64,000 bases of DNA from NCBI GenBank assembly GCA_002269645.1, contig NIVC01001089.1:62001-126000 (forward strand), given 5' to 3'. The DNA is from Macrostomum lignano (Eukaryota). The notes under the pieces are model-generated. The model was not told the DNA's origin and did no database searches. It worked only from the letters and a program-made list of their open reading frames with translations. Both the position numbers and the translations under genes were made by a program. Positions 34,595 through 46,700 of the stretch are shown here, piece after piece. Each line of letters starts with the position of its first letter. Positions within the stretch are counted from its first letter, which is position 1.

Positions 34595-34621
34595 CAGATA
34601 GATAGATAGATAGATAGATAT
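34512..34621. repeat. (GATA)n microsatellite
   Basis: Read directly. Confidence 0.98.
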
Positions 34622-35531
34622 CCAAGCAACAGCAGCTGCGGACGCGGACTCTTTGAGTGTCAGGAAATGAAAGCACTCGGTTCTCTGAGCAACGGAAGCT
34701 CCAAGCCGTTTAGTTGCAGGAGTCATAAATTCAGTTGGGAAAATCTCCGATGGCTTTCAGGAGTTTACGTTCCCATTTATTGTCCATTTATGATCTACGG
34801 GACTGCGCAATTAGAAAAAATTCATGTCCGCAGAAAAAACTTTACATCGAACTGCACTACTTGTAGTAAGAATACGAGGAAATAGACGGAAGAAAAAAGT
34901 GAGTCATTAAATTTATTTGTTTCGCTGCTTATCTGATAAAACAAAATCAAAAAAGTTAAATAGTCATCGATTGCATCCCAAATAAGCTGTCAAGTAATAT
35001 TTGGCAACAAGTCTCTGAACAAGGCTGTGAACAAAATATATTAGTTCGTACTACATGTACAGTGGAAACACTTCCAGAGCAAGTCATCTGACAGACAGAC
35101 AAGAGCTCACAGCACGTACGAGGCTCATTCTGTGACACTTTCTAGGCTCTGAGTTAAAGAAGAGAGAGACAGAAAATAACAGACAATGCTTTTAAGTTTT
35201 CAGCTTTCTGCTTCAGTGGCAATATGCATCGAGAGGAAGCCGCTGCCGCGCTAAAAACTCTTCAACGCGTCTCTCAGAGCCACTCTTTCATTAAATGAAA
35301 AATGAGCGCCTTTGCCTTTGCAGTTTGTTGGCGTAGCACATTGCAGTGCTGTCTGTAGGCAATTGTCTGTCTGCTATAGCGCTGTCGCTTTGCGGAAAGC
35401 AACTTATACCCCTAGAATTTTAGCTTGTGTTGTTGAACAGTTATTTCCTCAAGCAATATAAAATAGATTTGCCAGATAAATTTAATTTCAATTGGACGAA
35501 TTTTTAACACCAGTTTAACCTGTACTTACAC

Positions 35532-35900
35532 ATGAAACCAGTGTCTGACATGTGAAACCAGTGTCTAACAGGTGAAACCAGTATCAAACAGGTGAAACCA
35601 GTGTCTAACAGGTGAAACCAGTATCAAACAGGTGAAACCAGTGTCTAACAGGTGAAACTCAGTGTCTAACAGGTGAAACTCAGTGTCTAACAGGTGAAAC
35701 TCAGTGTCTAACGGGTGAAACCAGTGTCTAACAGGTGAAACCAGTGTCAAACAGGTGAAACTCAGTGTCTAACAGGTGAAACGCAGAGTCTAACAGGTGA
35801 AACCAGTGTCTAACAGGTGAGACCAGTGTCTAACAGGTGAAACCAGTGTCTAACAAGTGAGACCAGTGTCTAACAGGTGAAACCAGTGTCTAACAGGTGA
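35532..35900. repeat. Minisatellite, 20-bp unit AAACCAGTGTCTAACAGGTG
   Basis: About 18 copies. Confidence 0.95.
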
Positions 35901-36968
35901 CATTATGGCGCCATGTGACTCTTCAGGTAGTATAGACTTAATTAGTTGTTGTAAGGTCATTAGATAAATTAAGAAATATATTACAAGCATTGACACCGGC
36001 GTTTTAGCTTTAAATGCAGTGAACCTTTTAAATTTATAAAACTTTTACTGCTCAGGAACATATCTTGCAGATTGCTTTGTGCAGAATGAGATTGACACAC
36101 AGAGCCAACGTTTTACATAGTTCCCATCAGGGCCTATAGTTAAAATCCTTCTTAAATCGTTTTTTAAGGCAGACGATTCTAGTCTAGGAACTTGAGAAGC
36201 GTATCCGGTTTGGCATAACTTCCTGTATAGAGCAGCAAGAATCCTTGATCGGGATTTTTGCTAACAATGCACTTTATAACAATGTAACTCCCCAGCTGAA
36301 AGATGGTTTTGATGCTTAGTTACACTTTAAAATGAGGATAGAGTAAATAGAAGTCTTACTACAGTGAAGTTTTTAATAAACTTTTCAACGATTTTATTTT
36401 ATGCAACAAAGATATGTACATGCTTACCATAGGCAGTCGAAATGTGGGAACTATAAACATTTTAAACAATCGAAGTAGAAGGATCCGTATCAAAACGAGA
36501 ACTTTTACTTCCTTGCGGCCACCGGCTCACCTAAGAAATTCGAGTGCGGTATCCTTCTACTTCAGGTGTTCAATATGAGAAACTCCCCATAGCTGGAATG
36601 CGATATTGATCAATATTGAAGCATTAATAGACAGGCAGTGTGATAGGAAAAGTAATAAACTGATTGAGACTGGGTGAGTATCCCTGCGCGACAGACATTA
36701 CTTAGTTTAAAATTAGTCAAATTTGATCAATTAGTCAAACTCGAGAGCTCAAAACTTCAACAAGCCAGCCCAGCCAATGCTCATGACTAGTCTTTATACT
36801 AAGTTAGTCAAACTTTCAGATGATAAAGTGAATGTTACTACGAAGTAAATCTACAACAGCTTCATCGCGAGCATTATCAGTTACAAGCTTCAAACAAGGA
36901 CCCATTTATACGTGTGGAAGATGCAGCCTGAGTCACTTCAGTATCTGGGCATCGTCATTCGTCATCAT

Positions 36969-38315
36969 CTAGTCTTCGTCTTCGCCGTCGTCGTCGTTTG
37001 CTTCGTCCAGCGCAGGCAGTCCGGGATCGCCGAGAGCCCGCCTGAGCCGCTGACGGGCCCGCCGCAGCCAAAAGAAGTAGCAGACCCGGCTGAAGCAGCG
37101 CTGCGCCGGCTGCTGCTGCCCGGAGCCGGCGTCCTGCTCGCCGAACACCGCCTCGCTGGTGATGCGGACCATCTTTGCCGCCAGTCGTTGCGCCAGCTGC
37201 TGCACCTCCGTCTCAGTGGTGGCTCTCGCCAAGTCTTCCCGCGCCACAGCGTCGGCCAGACGGTCGGTTTCGTCACGCAATTGTCCGACATCTTGCGGCA
37301 GGGCCAGCTCGATGTTCTTGTCAAAGCAGACCAGCACCAGAGTGAGATTGTCGCGGCTGCCAGCCTCCAGGGCGCACTGCAGCAAGTCGCGAGCGACCGT
37401 CTGCACCGAGGAGCGTCGTTTCAGCTGGTGCAGTGCGAACTCGCACACCTCCTCGGTGGTGAACACGTCCCACAGGCCGTCGCTGGCTAAAGCGGCCAGG
37501 CGCTCGTGGCCTTTGACAAAGTACGTGCCGTGGTTGATGGACGGCTCAGCCGTGACCAGATTGTGCAGGTCGTCGCCCTTGAAGTCGTAGTCGCCGAACG
37601 CCCGAGTGACCATCAGGCCGTGGCCGAGCTTGTCGTGCGGCTTGCGCAGGCCCCGGTCGCGGTCCATCTCGTAGCGCAGGCCGTCGAACCTCTGGCGTTC
37701 GGTTCGGATCTCCACGGTGCTGAGCTCTTTATTAAGGATGTGCGCCACAGAGTGATCCACGGTGACGCGGTTGTAGTAGTTGCCGTAGTCTATGTACACA
37801 ACGCCGCGACTGTCGCCGCAGTTAGCCAGCAGGAGGTGCCTTCGGCAGATGAGCAGCACGACGGCGGTGCTGCCGCACGAGTCAGCCCGGTTGCGTTGGT
37901 AGTCGATCTCGCGTCGGATCTTCCGATCGTAGCCTAAGAAAAGTCGGCGCAGGCAGTCGCGGTAGTCGCAGATGGGACTCTGCTGGGCCAGCAGGCTGGT
38001 TAGCTGCTCGTCTTCGATCAAAAAATCAAGGAAGCTGCACTTCTCCCTGACACAGAAGGTCGAAACCCAGTCGCCGCCGTGGCCATCGTAGACGGCGAAG
38101 AACGACGCCTGGCCGTAGACGGGGTGCCCGGTGCGCACGCTGGCCCGGGCGGTGTACCGGTCCTCCATATGCGGTCTGTAGCCTTGCACAGTGCAAACTC
38201 CATAGCTGAGACCGTTGCCAGAGCCGCCGGCGCACGAATAGTTCAGCATGGGCTGCACCAGAAGCTCATTCTGCGACTGGCGCCGCGGCCGGACCATCTT
38301 TGCCGCACCATTCAT
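36969..38315 (-). CDS. Intronless PP2C/PPM-family Ser/Thr phosphatase, 448 aa (PPM1A/B-like, divergent)
   Basis: ATG-to-stop ORF with QGYRPHMED, FFAVYDGHGG, GSTAVV, ANCGDSR, DH, TRAFGD, TAEP, LASDGLWDV and GSRDNLT, i.e. all metal-binding Asp residues. Helical C-terminal extension and acidic tail. Confidence 0.97.
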   Translation of the reverse strand: MNGAAKMVRPRRQSQNELLVQPMLNYSCAGGSGNGLSYGVCTVQGYRPHMEDRYTARASVRTGHPVYGQASFFAVYDGHGGDWVSTFCVREKCSFLDFLIEDEQLTSLLAQQSPICDYRDCLRRLFLGYDRKIRREIDYQRNRADSCGSTAVVLLICRRHLLLANCGDSRGVVYIDYGNYYNRVTVDHSVAHILNKELSTVEIRTERQRFDGLRYEMDRDRGLRKPHDKLGHGLMVTRAFGDYDFKGDDLHNLVTAEPSINHGTYFVKGHERLAALASDGLWDVFTTEEVCEFALHQLKRRSSVQTVARDLLQCALEAGSRDNLTLVLVCFDKNIELALPQDVGQLRDETDRLADAVAREDLARATTETEVQQLAQRLAAKMVRITSEAVFGEQDAGSGQQQPAQRCFSRVCYFFWLRRARQRLRRALGDPGLPALDEANDDDGEDED

Positions 38316-39268
38316 GCCAGCCGATGTTCGTTCGTGCTTGACTAATCTGAGTGCGTCTGCGCCACTGCTGGAAACGCACCGTCCTGTTCTCTTTTTTTGC
38401 TAGATTTCAATCTGCTGCTGCTGCTTCCGCCTTCACCGCTTTGATGGAGAATGTTTCTAATGGCTTCTTATAGAATAGGCAGGATTTGCAGTTGAAGCGT
38501 AGGTCTGTACCTACACCTAGTTCTGCGCCTTTTTTCTTTGCTGCTCAGAGAGGCGAGGAGACGGCAAGAGAACAGGGCTGTACGGTGATGAGGAGGGCTT
38601 GAGGGGCGCGGCGGTGGAGCTAACGCCTTGCACCTGGGAGTGGCACAGTGATTGTGCGCTCACTCGATGGGGACGGGCGGGAAGAAGACACGAGGAGATG
38701 AAAAGCAGAATGGATGGCCCCGGCCTGGGTGCTGGGTTTGCGAGCGAGTCTCTCGCGGAGCGGAGCACAGAAAACAGTCTGTCAGCTGGCCTAGGAAGCT
38801 GGGCTAAGGAGACTCATATATCGCACAATGGCCGACTCGCAATGCCAACCTAGAGAGAGAGGTAAACAAAATTTGAGGCAGAGAAAGAAGGCAATGAGCG
38901 AGCAAGCATCTGACGTATAGCTGCTTACAATTCTATCGCTCTATTTCTATTCTCGTCTACTCCGCTCTTCCGAGAATATTTCCCGTTTGACGCTGAAGAG
39001 CCGCGGCTGGTTTGAGACGCGGCAGTGTAGAGCAGTATGGAGGCTCTCTTATCTAGCCCTAATGCAGCGTGCAATCGTCATTCCTTCTCTCTTTCTCTCA
39101 ATCTCTCTGGCTGGAAAAAAGTACGCAAATAGCTGTGGCACAATCCGTTTGGATTGCAGGCGAGCGATCTGAATAGATTGAGTCGGTAGGGCTCTGGAGG
39201 AGTGCGGCAGGTGAGGCAGGGTGAGCGGAGAGAAGAGGCAGAGGCAGCTCACGCGAAATTGCACTGCG

Positions 39269-39272
<4 letters not shown>

Positions 39273-39353
<81 letters not shown>

Positions 39354-39363
39354 GAGAGAGAGA
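39273..39363. repeat. (GA)n microsatellite
   Basis: Read directly; lies in the PP2C/PDZ divergent intergenic region. Confidence 0.97.
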
Positions 39364-40608
39364 AATTGTTGGCTGCTGTCTGACAGCGGCCTGCAAAATA
39401 TAGTTGTGCAGTAAAGTGTCCAGATGTTCTCCCGCTATCGCTGCTTCCAGTTGCCTCGGGTAGGCGGCTGCCGTAAAATGATGAGTTTAAGTTGAACTTG
39501 GCTCTCAGAGTCAGTTCAGTATTTTTGCCACAGTTTCAACCCCCCCCCCCCTACTCCTAGCTTCATTCGCGACCACACCCACATGCACACGGTTTAAGCA
39601 GATGTAGCTCGTACGCTCGTAGATGGTGTCAAGATTGACCTTGGAAAGATGGAAAACGTGTTAAAATTAGGCCACGGATGCAAATTGCAGAACCGATCGG
39701 CATTCGAGTGGTTTTTCATAGCACCGCTGGCAACTCGCTAATGCGTCTGCCTGGATTCTCCAGTCGGTCACTAACTATCTAGGCTATGGATTACTATAAC
39801 TACTATGAGGGATGTGGATTATCATTCTCTTACCTCCTGATACGGAGGCTGGGCATTCGTGTGGATTCAAGAGGCAGGGAGAGTCTTCACCGCCGCAATC
39901 ACCGAGCGGGGTTAAAGGCGTTCTACTATTCCGCCACCAACAGCTGAAATCGATTTTCAGCGAGGAAGGAAGTGCCTGTTCAGTCCTCTCTACCCACCTT
40001 CAGCGTGCGTCTGAAATTCCTAGACGCTTTTATCCCAGTACTTGGCCTCTTTCTCTTCCTTCACCGTCCGCTGCTGTTTTGCAAAAAAAAGCCATCCGCC
40101 GGTTGCTGGCCTGCCCCCATCATCAATTCATTCAGAAACTCCTTCCGATTTGGAACCCCCTTCATCCCTTCAAATCCCTATTTGGCGCAAGTTTAGTCTC
40201 CCCCTCCAATTCGGAGCTTCTCTTGTTTCTTCCCTTAGCTTTCGCCGAGAGAGACCAGCGCTTTTAGCCCTCCACCGCTGTGTCTCTCCATTCTTCCACG
40301 CTTTGGACGTGAAAATACGCAACAGACAGCCACATGCCGGCCCCCGCGACTATTGCGGCTTTGAAATTTAGTAGATTAGCGTGACACTTTGAGGTGCCCT
40401 GTTCGTAAGGTCACTTCTATCAAAGCACGAGTTTTGTATTTAAAAAAACGAATTTTAGACTATAGCTTCGGAGAAAACGCGAGATCGCAACGATTCAAAC
40501 AAGCCTACGTTTCAGTCTTATTTTCTAAATTTAAGCTTCTGCTTTCAGAATTTAGGTCAAGCGAAGTTTCACCATTTTCTGAAATTAGACCTCATTTTTC
40601 TAGCAGGC

Positions 40609-40713
40609 ATGTCCGCTTATCCAGTGAGGCTGTACCGGAACTCCACCTTGACTTCGTGGGGCTTTCGCTTGCAAGGTGGTGCGGATCTTCACACGCCGAT
40701 TATCGTGCAGAGG
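40609..40713 (+). CDS. PDZ-ZM exon 1 (MSAYPVRL...WGFRLQGGADLHTPIIVQR)
   Basis: ATG 5 nt after acceptor ttttctag|; AGG|GTGAGC donor. Confidence 0.93.
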
Positions 40714-43700
40714 GTGAGCAGCGAGATTTTCACAGGTTGTGACCATAGACACTTGGTACTTTAGGTTATCCGACTAAATAAAGTTTATGGGCCATCGTAA
40801 TGCGCTTAAATGTTTACATAGTTTGAAATGTAACATTTAGTTGGGCCTCTATCAGTTTGTAGCATGGATTCTATATACTCCTAGATGGACTGTATTGTCT
40901 GTGGCCCTAACCCCCGGGGTAAAGACCATAGACTGTAGCGTCTGTGGCCCTAACCCCGGAGTAAAGACCATAGACTGTAGCGTCTGTGGCCCTAACCCCG
41001 GGGTAAAGACCATAGACTGTAGCGTCTGTGGCCCAAACCCCGGGATTTTCGGAGACGGCCGCCAAAATACATTAGAGAATACTGGAGTGACATCTACCGG
41101 TAAGGTAATATAGAATCCGTGGTTTGCAGAGCCGCGAGTCAGTTAGTTCTGTTAAATCTGGTTAGTCAAGCATGGGAAGTATTACAAAAGATAAGAAATT
41201 ATTTCATACTGTTATAAATTCTTTTTAAAAAAGATCTGAAATAGGCCTTGGTCAACAGGCAGTCTACAAAACGCTGACGTACATAACCTTGCCGAGGGCA
41301 GTGCAACCATGCCGCCTCATGTACAATTATCGCACTCACACACTCTCAGGTCTTCGCTGGCAGCCCGGCTGAAGGTCAACTACAACGTGGCGACATTCTG
41401 ACGGGCATTGAGAACTACGATGCCACTTGTATGCTGCACAGCGAGGCCCAGGAGTTGGTGCGGAACGGTGCCAATACCATTTCGTTGAATGTTAAACGGT
41501 GAGTTTTACGCTCGGATTTGCACAGCTGGAGTTGTAAATCATCGACTATGTAAATATACCTATAAACCTCTTTGATGAAGCTCTAGAGAGATGCTTTATT
41601 AAAATATAATAATTTATCTTTTTCCCAAAAGAAATAAAAACCGCCCCTTGTTTCTTATCCAGAAAGATCTTTTATTCGCTTGCCAAACGTTGTAGACACC
41701 GTAGAACAAAACTATGACATCTGATCCGAGAAGAATGATGGAACAGGCAGAAATGTATATTTATTCAGGTTACACTCGCAGCTAAACTGCTTTTAGTTGT
41801 AACTGTTGTACTTGTACATTACAAAAATGGCCCCCAATAAGAATAATGCAAAACTGTTGTAGGAAATTCTACACTGAAGAAGACTTCAGATGCTTTCTGT
41901 AGGCCCTGTAGGAATTCCCATCAATCGTTCTGACCTTTACTGCCTTCGTTATCGTTTTGTAGAAATCGTGCGGTCAACATCGCATCCCCCTGCTGCATAT
42001 TTAGCTCCACCAGAAGCTTGCTGCCCTGTGCACTTTCTCTAGTGGACCCAGATTTTACCTGACAATTTATAGGGGCAATGTATGATAGAACGATACCATA
42101 AATTAATCGTTGCGTCTTAAACTAAGTCATACATGCTTCACCGTCTACTTTAATAAGATTTTGCTATACATACTACTGCTTAGCATTAAATATGCTTTTT
42201 GAATAAAATTTTAGCATTGAAAGTCTCATTCTTGCTATCAAATTACTCATATTATTTAAATACGTTTCTTGGGATTTCCTGTATTTGTTTAAGGCTGTTT
42301 CATCATACTGTTGCATATTCCACAGACCTCAAGGCGGTTACGTGCCACGCGGTCAGAGCGTGGGACCGATGGGTCGACAGCCCAGTTTTGTAGGATCATC
42401 CTACCAACAGAACCAGTTCCATCACCAGCCCCAGCGCGCGTACCAGCAGCAGCCGCTAGTCAGTCAGCGTCGCCAAGATCAGTACAATGTGTACGTTGGC
42501 GGTGGCGGTAGCACAAGCCAGAGGCACAGAAGCGAGAGCGCCGCCCAATATGACGACTGGCAATATAGAAATCCACAACAGCAACAGCAGAGGAACACAT
42601 TTTATGCTGCAGCCAACAGTAACTACTCCGCGAGAGATTCTGTGAGTTCCTCATGGGCCACTTGTCAGTTAATCCCCGGCATGGCCCAGCCAATAGTCTA
42701 TGGCTTCTGATTAACTGGTCTGGCTTAGAAATAAATCACTTCATGGACCTACATACACATCTACATACACATACTATAACGTGACGAAACAAGAAGCACT
42801 CGATAGTTAGCAGATTGTTACAAACATCGCAAGAATTGTTACACAAAGCTGTCAAGGATACACGGTCCTCATCAGGTAGGTAGGTAGGTAGTAGGTAGTT
42901 CAGATTGGCTTTGCTCATTTCCTTGTAACTCTTTATCACCACAAGCCGAATTAGCAGTCTTCGTGGCCTAGTGCCATGCGGTACATGAGCTCATAGCCTA
43001 ATCGGTCTTTTTACTCGTTGTAGTAGGTGCACTTGCCAGACGCTCTTATTTAATGTCTTCATTTGTGATCATCTGGAGGCGTCACACTCCTTCGTGCTTC
43101 TCTTCGTAGAAGTCGAGCAGCCCGTCAGGAAAAAATCCGACGAATCTCTAGAGGCGCACTACGAGCTATTTTCCATGCCAATTGATTCAATTTGATTCAG
43201 TTAAACAGCCAAGTAAACTTTGTCGTTTTGGACACAGACTAGTAACTTTATAGACCTCACGGCCATAGACCTCACGGCCATAGACCTCACGGCCATAGAC
43301 CTCACGGCCATAGACCTCACGGCCATAGACCTCACGGCCATAGACCTCACGGCCATAGACCTCACGGCCATAGACCTCACGGCCATAGACCTCACGGCCA
43401 TAGACCTCACGGCCATAGACCTCACGGCCATAGACCTCACGGCCATAGACCTCACGGCCATAGACCTCACGGCCATAGACCTCACGGCCATAGACCTCAC
43501 GGCCATAGACCTCACGGCCATAGACCTCACGGCCATAGACCTCACGGCCATAGACCTCACGGCCATAGACCTCACGGCCATAGACCTCACGGCCATAGAC
43601 CTCACGGCCATAGACCTCACGGCCATAGACCTCACGGCCATAGACCTCACGGCCATAGACCTCACGGCCATAGACCTCACGGCCATAGACCTCACGGCCA

Positions 43701-46700
43701 TAGACCTCACGGCCATAGACCTCACGGCCATAGACCTCACGGCCATAGACCTCACGGCCATAGACCTCACGGCCATAGACCTCACGGCCATAGACCTCAC
43801 GGCCATAGACCTCACGGCCATAGACCTCACGGCCATAGACCTCACGGCCATAGACCTCACGGCCATAGACCTCACGGCCATAGACCTCACGGCCATAGAC
43901 CTCACGGCCATAGACCTCACGGCCATAGACCTCACGGCCATAGACAACTTTCGGGAGAGTTCCAAGCCTTGCCATGACAAGATTAACTATGATAAAACCC
44001 AAAAACCTTGTCTATGGCCACGAAGTCGGCTGAGGACTCGTTTCTTGGTCGAGTAACAGTCGAAAGTTTTTGAGGGGCGTGGGTTATTATTTTATTATTC
44101 TAGGTAGTAGGTACCTAAGTAGTAGGTATTCTAGGTATTGGCCACCTATGAAATCATTTGATAGGTATGATTTATGTAACTAATAAGCCTGTATTTACCA
44201 CTGAAAGTAGTTTGTTAAGCGTTAATAAATAATGCCAGTTAAAACAAGCAGTCCTATTCGTAAAAATATGTCTATGCGTTTTTCTACCCAAGAAACTTTC
44301 TAGAAAGAATTTTGGAAGTATCTTTGAAAAGTCTAGAAAATCTCCTCCTCAAATCCTTGGAAAAGATCTGTTGGCGTGCGAAAAAACCAAGTAAAAGCAT
44401 CTCCTCCCCCCCCCCGATCCTTTGCTGCCGACAAACTGGCAGAGTGGCAAGCAATACGTTGATATTAGATGGTCTAGAAATAGAGGGATAAGAAAACACT
44501 GGCATTTTACCCAGCACTGAGGGAAGATTCTACCGAAGCTACCTTCAGGCCAGGTATCCAAACAAACACTTGGCTGACGAAGGTTGCTTGGCTGTGCAAC
44601 GGATATAAACCCTAGATATAAAAAATTTGCTTCTAGAATCAGGCAATCAATCAAACAATTCTTGAAAGTAAATATATACTATAAATTCAGTGCCAGCTCA
44701 TAGTTGTTAAAACCATTCGTACAGTTGATCAATTCAGGCACACACGCGACGTACTTTTAAACAAGAATTCGTCGCTAAAATTTGGCTAGTCGGCGGCGTT
44801 CCAAAGCTCTGCATTGTCTTGAGAAAATTTCCCATCCGTCCGTGCGGCATCTGCTGCAGCATCGGCTCCTCGGGCTGTGGAATTCGCCTCCTCCCGCTCT
44901 GGCCCACCGGATTGCCAAACCAATGTCTGACATTTTCGCGAAGCGCACAGAAGGCCATGCAACGCCAGGGGGGGGGGGGGTGCGCGATGCTTCCATTGGC
45001 GATGGGCGTTCCCGTTATACCCGACCGACCGATGCATAGTGCTGCCGCTGGGAAGGGACTTTGTCAACGCGCACCGATAGAGGGGCAGAGGCGCAGAGGC
45101 CTGCTGTGGTTTATGGGAATGCTCGGCGGGATGAAGCCAGGGAAGCAGACTGGACCGACTGCCTCTTCATCTCCTTGGGTTCAAACCTATTTTGTGAATG
45201 TTCACCCTCTCTGCCTCTCGGGTGCATGATCGGGCGAACATCTCGCACTAAAAGGGCAAGTATATTTCGGTAACTAAACAACGCCCTGTTCTAAATTGGC
45301 TCTAGCCAATGAATGAAAAGTTAAGGAATTCGCGTTGGTGTCTGGAGGGAATCGATGCCATTCGCCAATCAAATGATTGCGATTTCCCCTTTCACTCTCT
45401 GTGTGTTTCTCTCTGGGGCACTCACGCTCTGCTCTTCTGGGCTCTCCCGCCGAGGCGACGGGGCTCCAAGTTGGCGGAAACGGCACCAGCGGACCAGACT
45501 GCGCAAAAATCAGCCAGACAGAAAACACAATTATAGAAAAATAAAAATAGATAAAAAATCTTCTACATAAAGAAAGGTGCTGACGAAGTGACCGTGATTT
45601 TCAAATGCCGTTGAAGCTCTGAAGCCGGGAGAAACTCTTGACTAAAGCTTCTTCGCGCTGTCCCGCTGCCAATGCGCTCCTCAGTCGGCAGCGCATTTGT
45701 CGACGATGACATCTGCGCGCTGAAGTTAACCGACTTCACGGACACCAAGTCGCCATTCGAGTTCCACGTCCACACGGTGTCCCCTCTGTTCGATGCTTAC
45801 ACCGCCTCGCCATTATTTGGCACCTGTCCCCGCAATCAAGGGAGAGCCGACGCTCCGTTTACTTGCACTTTCCAGATGCATCATCACCATCACGGGCATC
45901 AGGCTCCGCAGAGGCCAAGCCAGCAGCAGCAGTTTCAGCACCCGCAGCAGCATCCGGGTCCATCCCAGCAATACCAGCTGGAATCGCAGCGGTCAATGGA
46001 CGACGAAGACGTTGATTACAGTTTTTCGAAGCAGAGCGTCGCCGAGCGAATGCGCAGATTTATGCAGCAGGCCAACAGCGGCCATCAACCGGCAAATACC
46101 TATCATTCGGGTGAGCTGTTTACGCTTTGGTTTCTTGAAACTTGAAGTAACCATGCACCGAAGCCTACATTGTATGCCTTAGTTTCCAGTCGAAATGTCA
46201 GTTAACCTTCAGTGCTGCTTAAAATTCAGTGAGTGAAAATTGACAAATAGTTTGGATGTGCATTTCACAGCCTTGCTAAAGGTGCAGATTCCTTGGGGAA
46301 TGAACTGCCTGTGTTCCAAAGGCGTATGCCTCAGCCATATCGATCGTTTTCTGGCAAAACAGGCAGACATAGAGCCGTAGCAATTCATTTTCGGCTGTCG
46401 TAGAAACTGTGAAGATGTTAGAAAGTGGGGGGGGGGTAGATCAAGAGCCAGTGAAGCAAATCATGATTCATCGCACCAAAGGTTAAAATGTTCTACCTTG
46501 CAGGTCCCGGGTGTCTGTTCCATGGCTGTTTTGGCCCTCATGCCGGTTTTCTCCCCACGGATTAAAATTAGTAGTCTGTCCTGTCCCGTCTTTACATGGT
46601 TTTAGAAGTTGTTGAGTGCAAAAACTTTTCGAATAGCAAAAGCTCCAACGCCTGCAAGAAGTGCTGGCAACATTTTGGAATAAACGAATTAACGAAATGC

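Noticed and set aside
36912-38345. Plus-strand ORFs overlapping PP2C
   Set aside because: Antisense shadows of a GC3-rich coding sequence; no recognisable domains.
41962-42063. Alternative terminal exon of the PDZ gene after a tttgtag acceptor
   Set aside because: Short, with no recognisable content; the exon 2 to exon 3 splice is phase-consistent and sufficient.
43187-44056. Long ORFs (GREVY)n, (AVRSM)n, (DLTAI)n
   Set aside because: Translations of the perfect 15-bp array in a PDZ-gene intron; no splice signals.
44734-45270. GC-rich multi-ORF patch; similar patches at 3960-4400, 6100-7850, 8660-9240, 19780-20510 and 39780-40370
   Set aside because: Probably decayed retroelement fragments, but no motif could be recognised, so they are not annotated.
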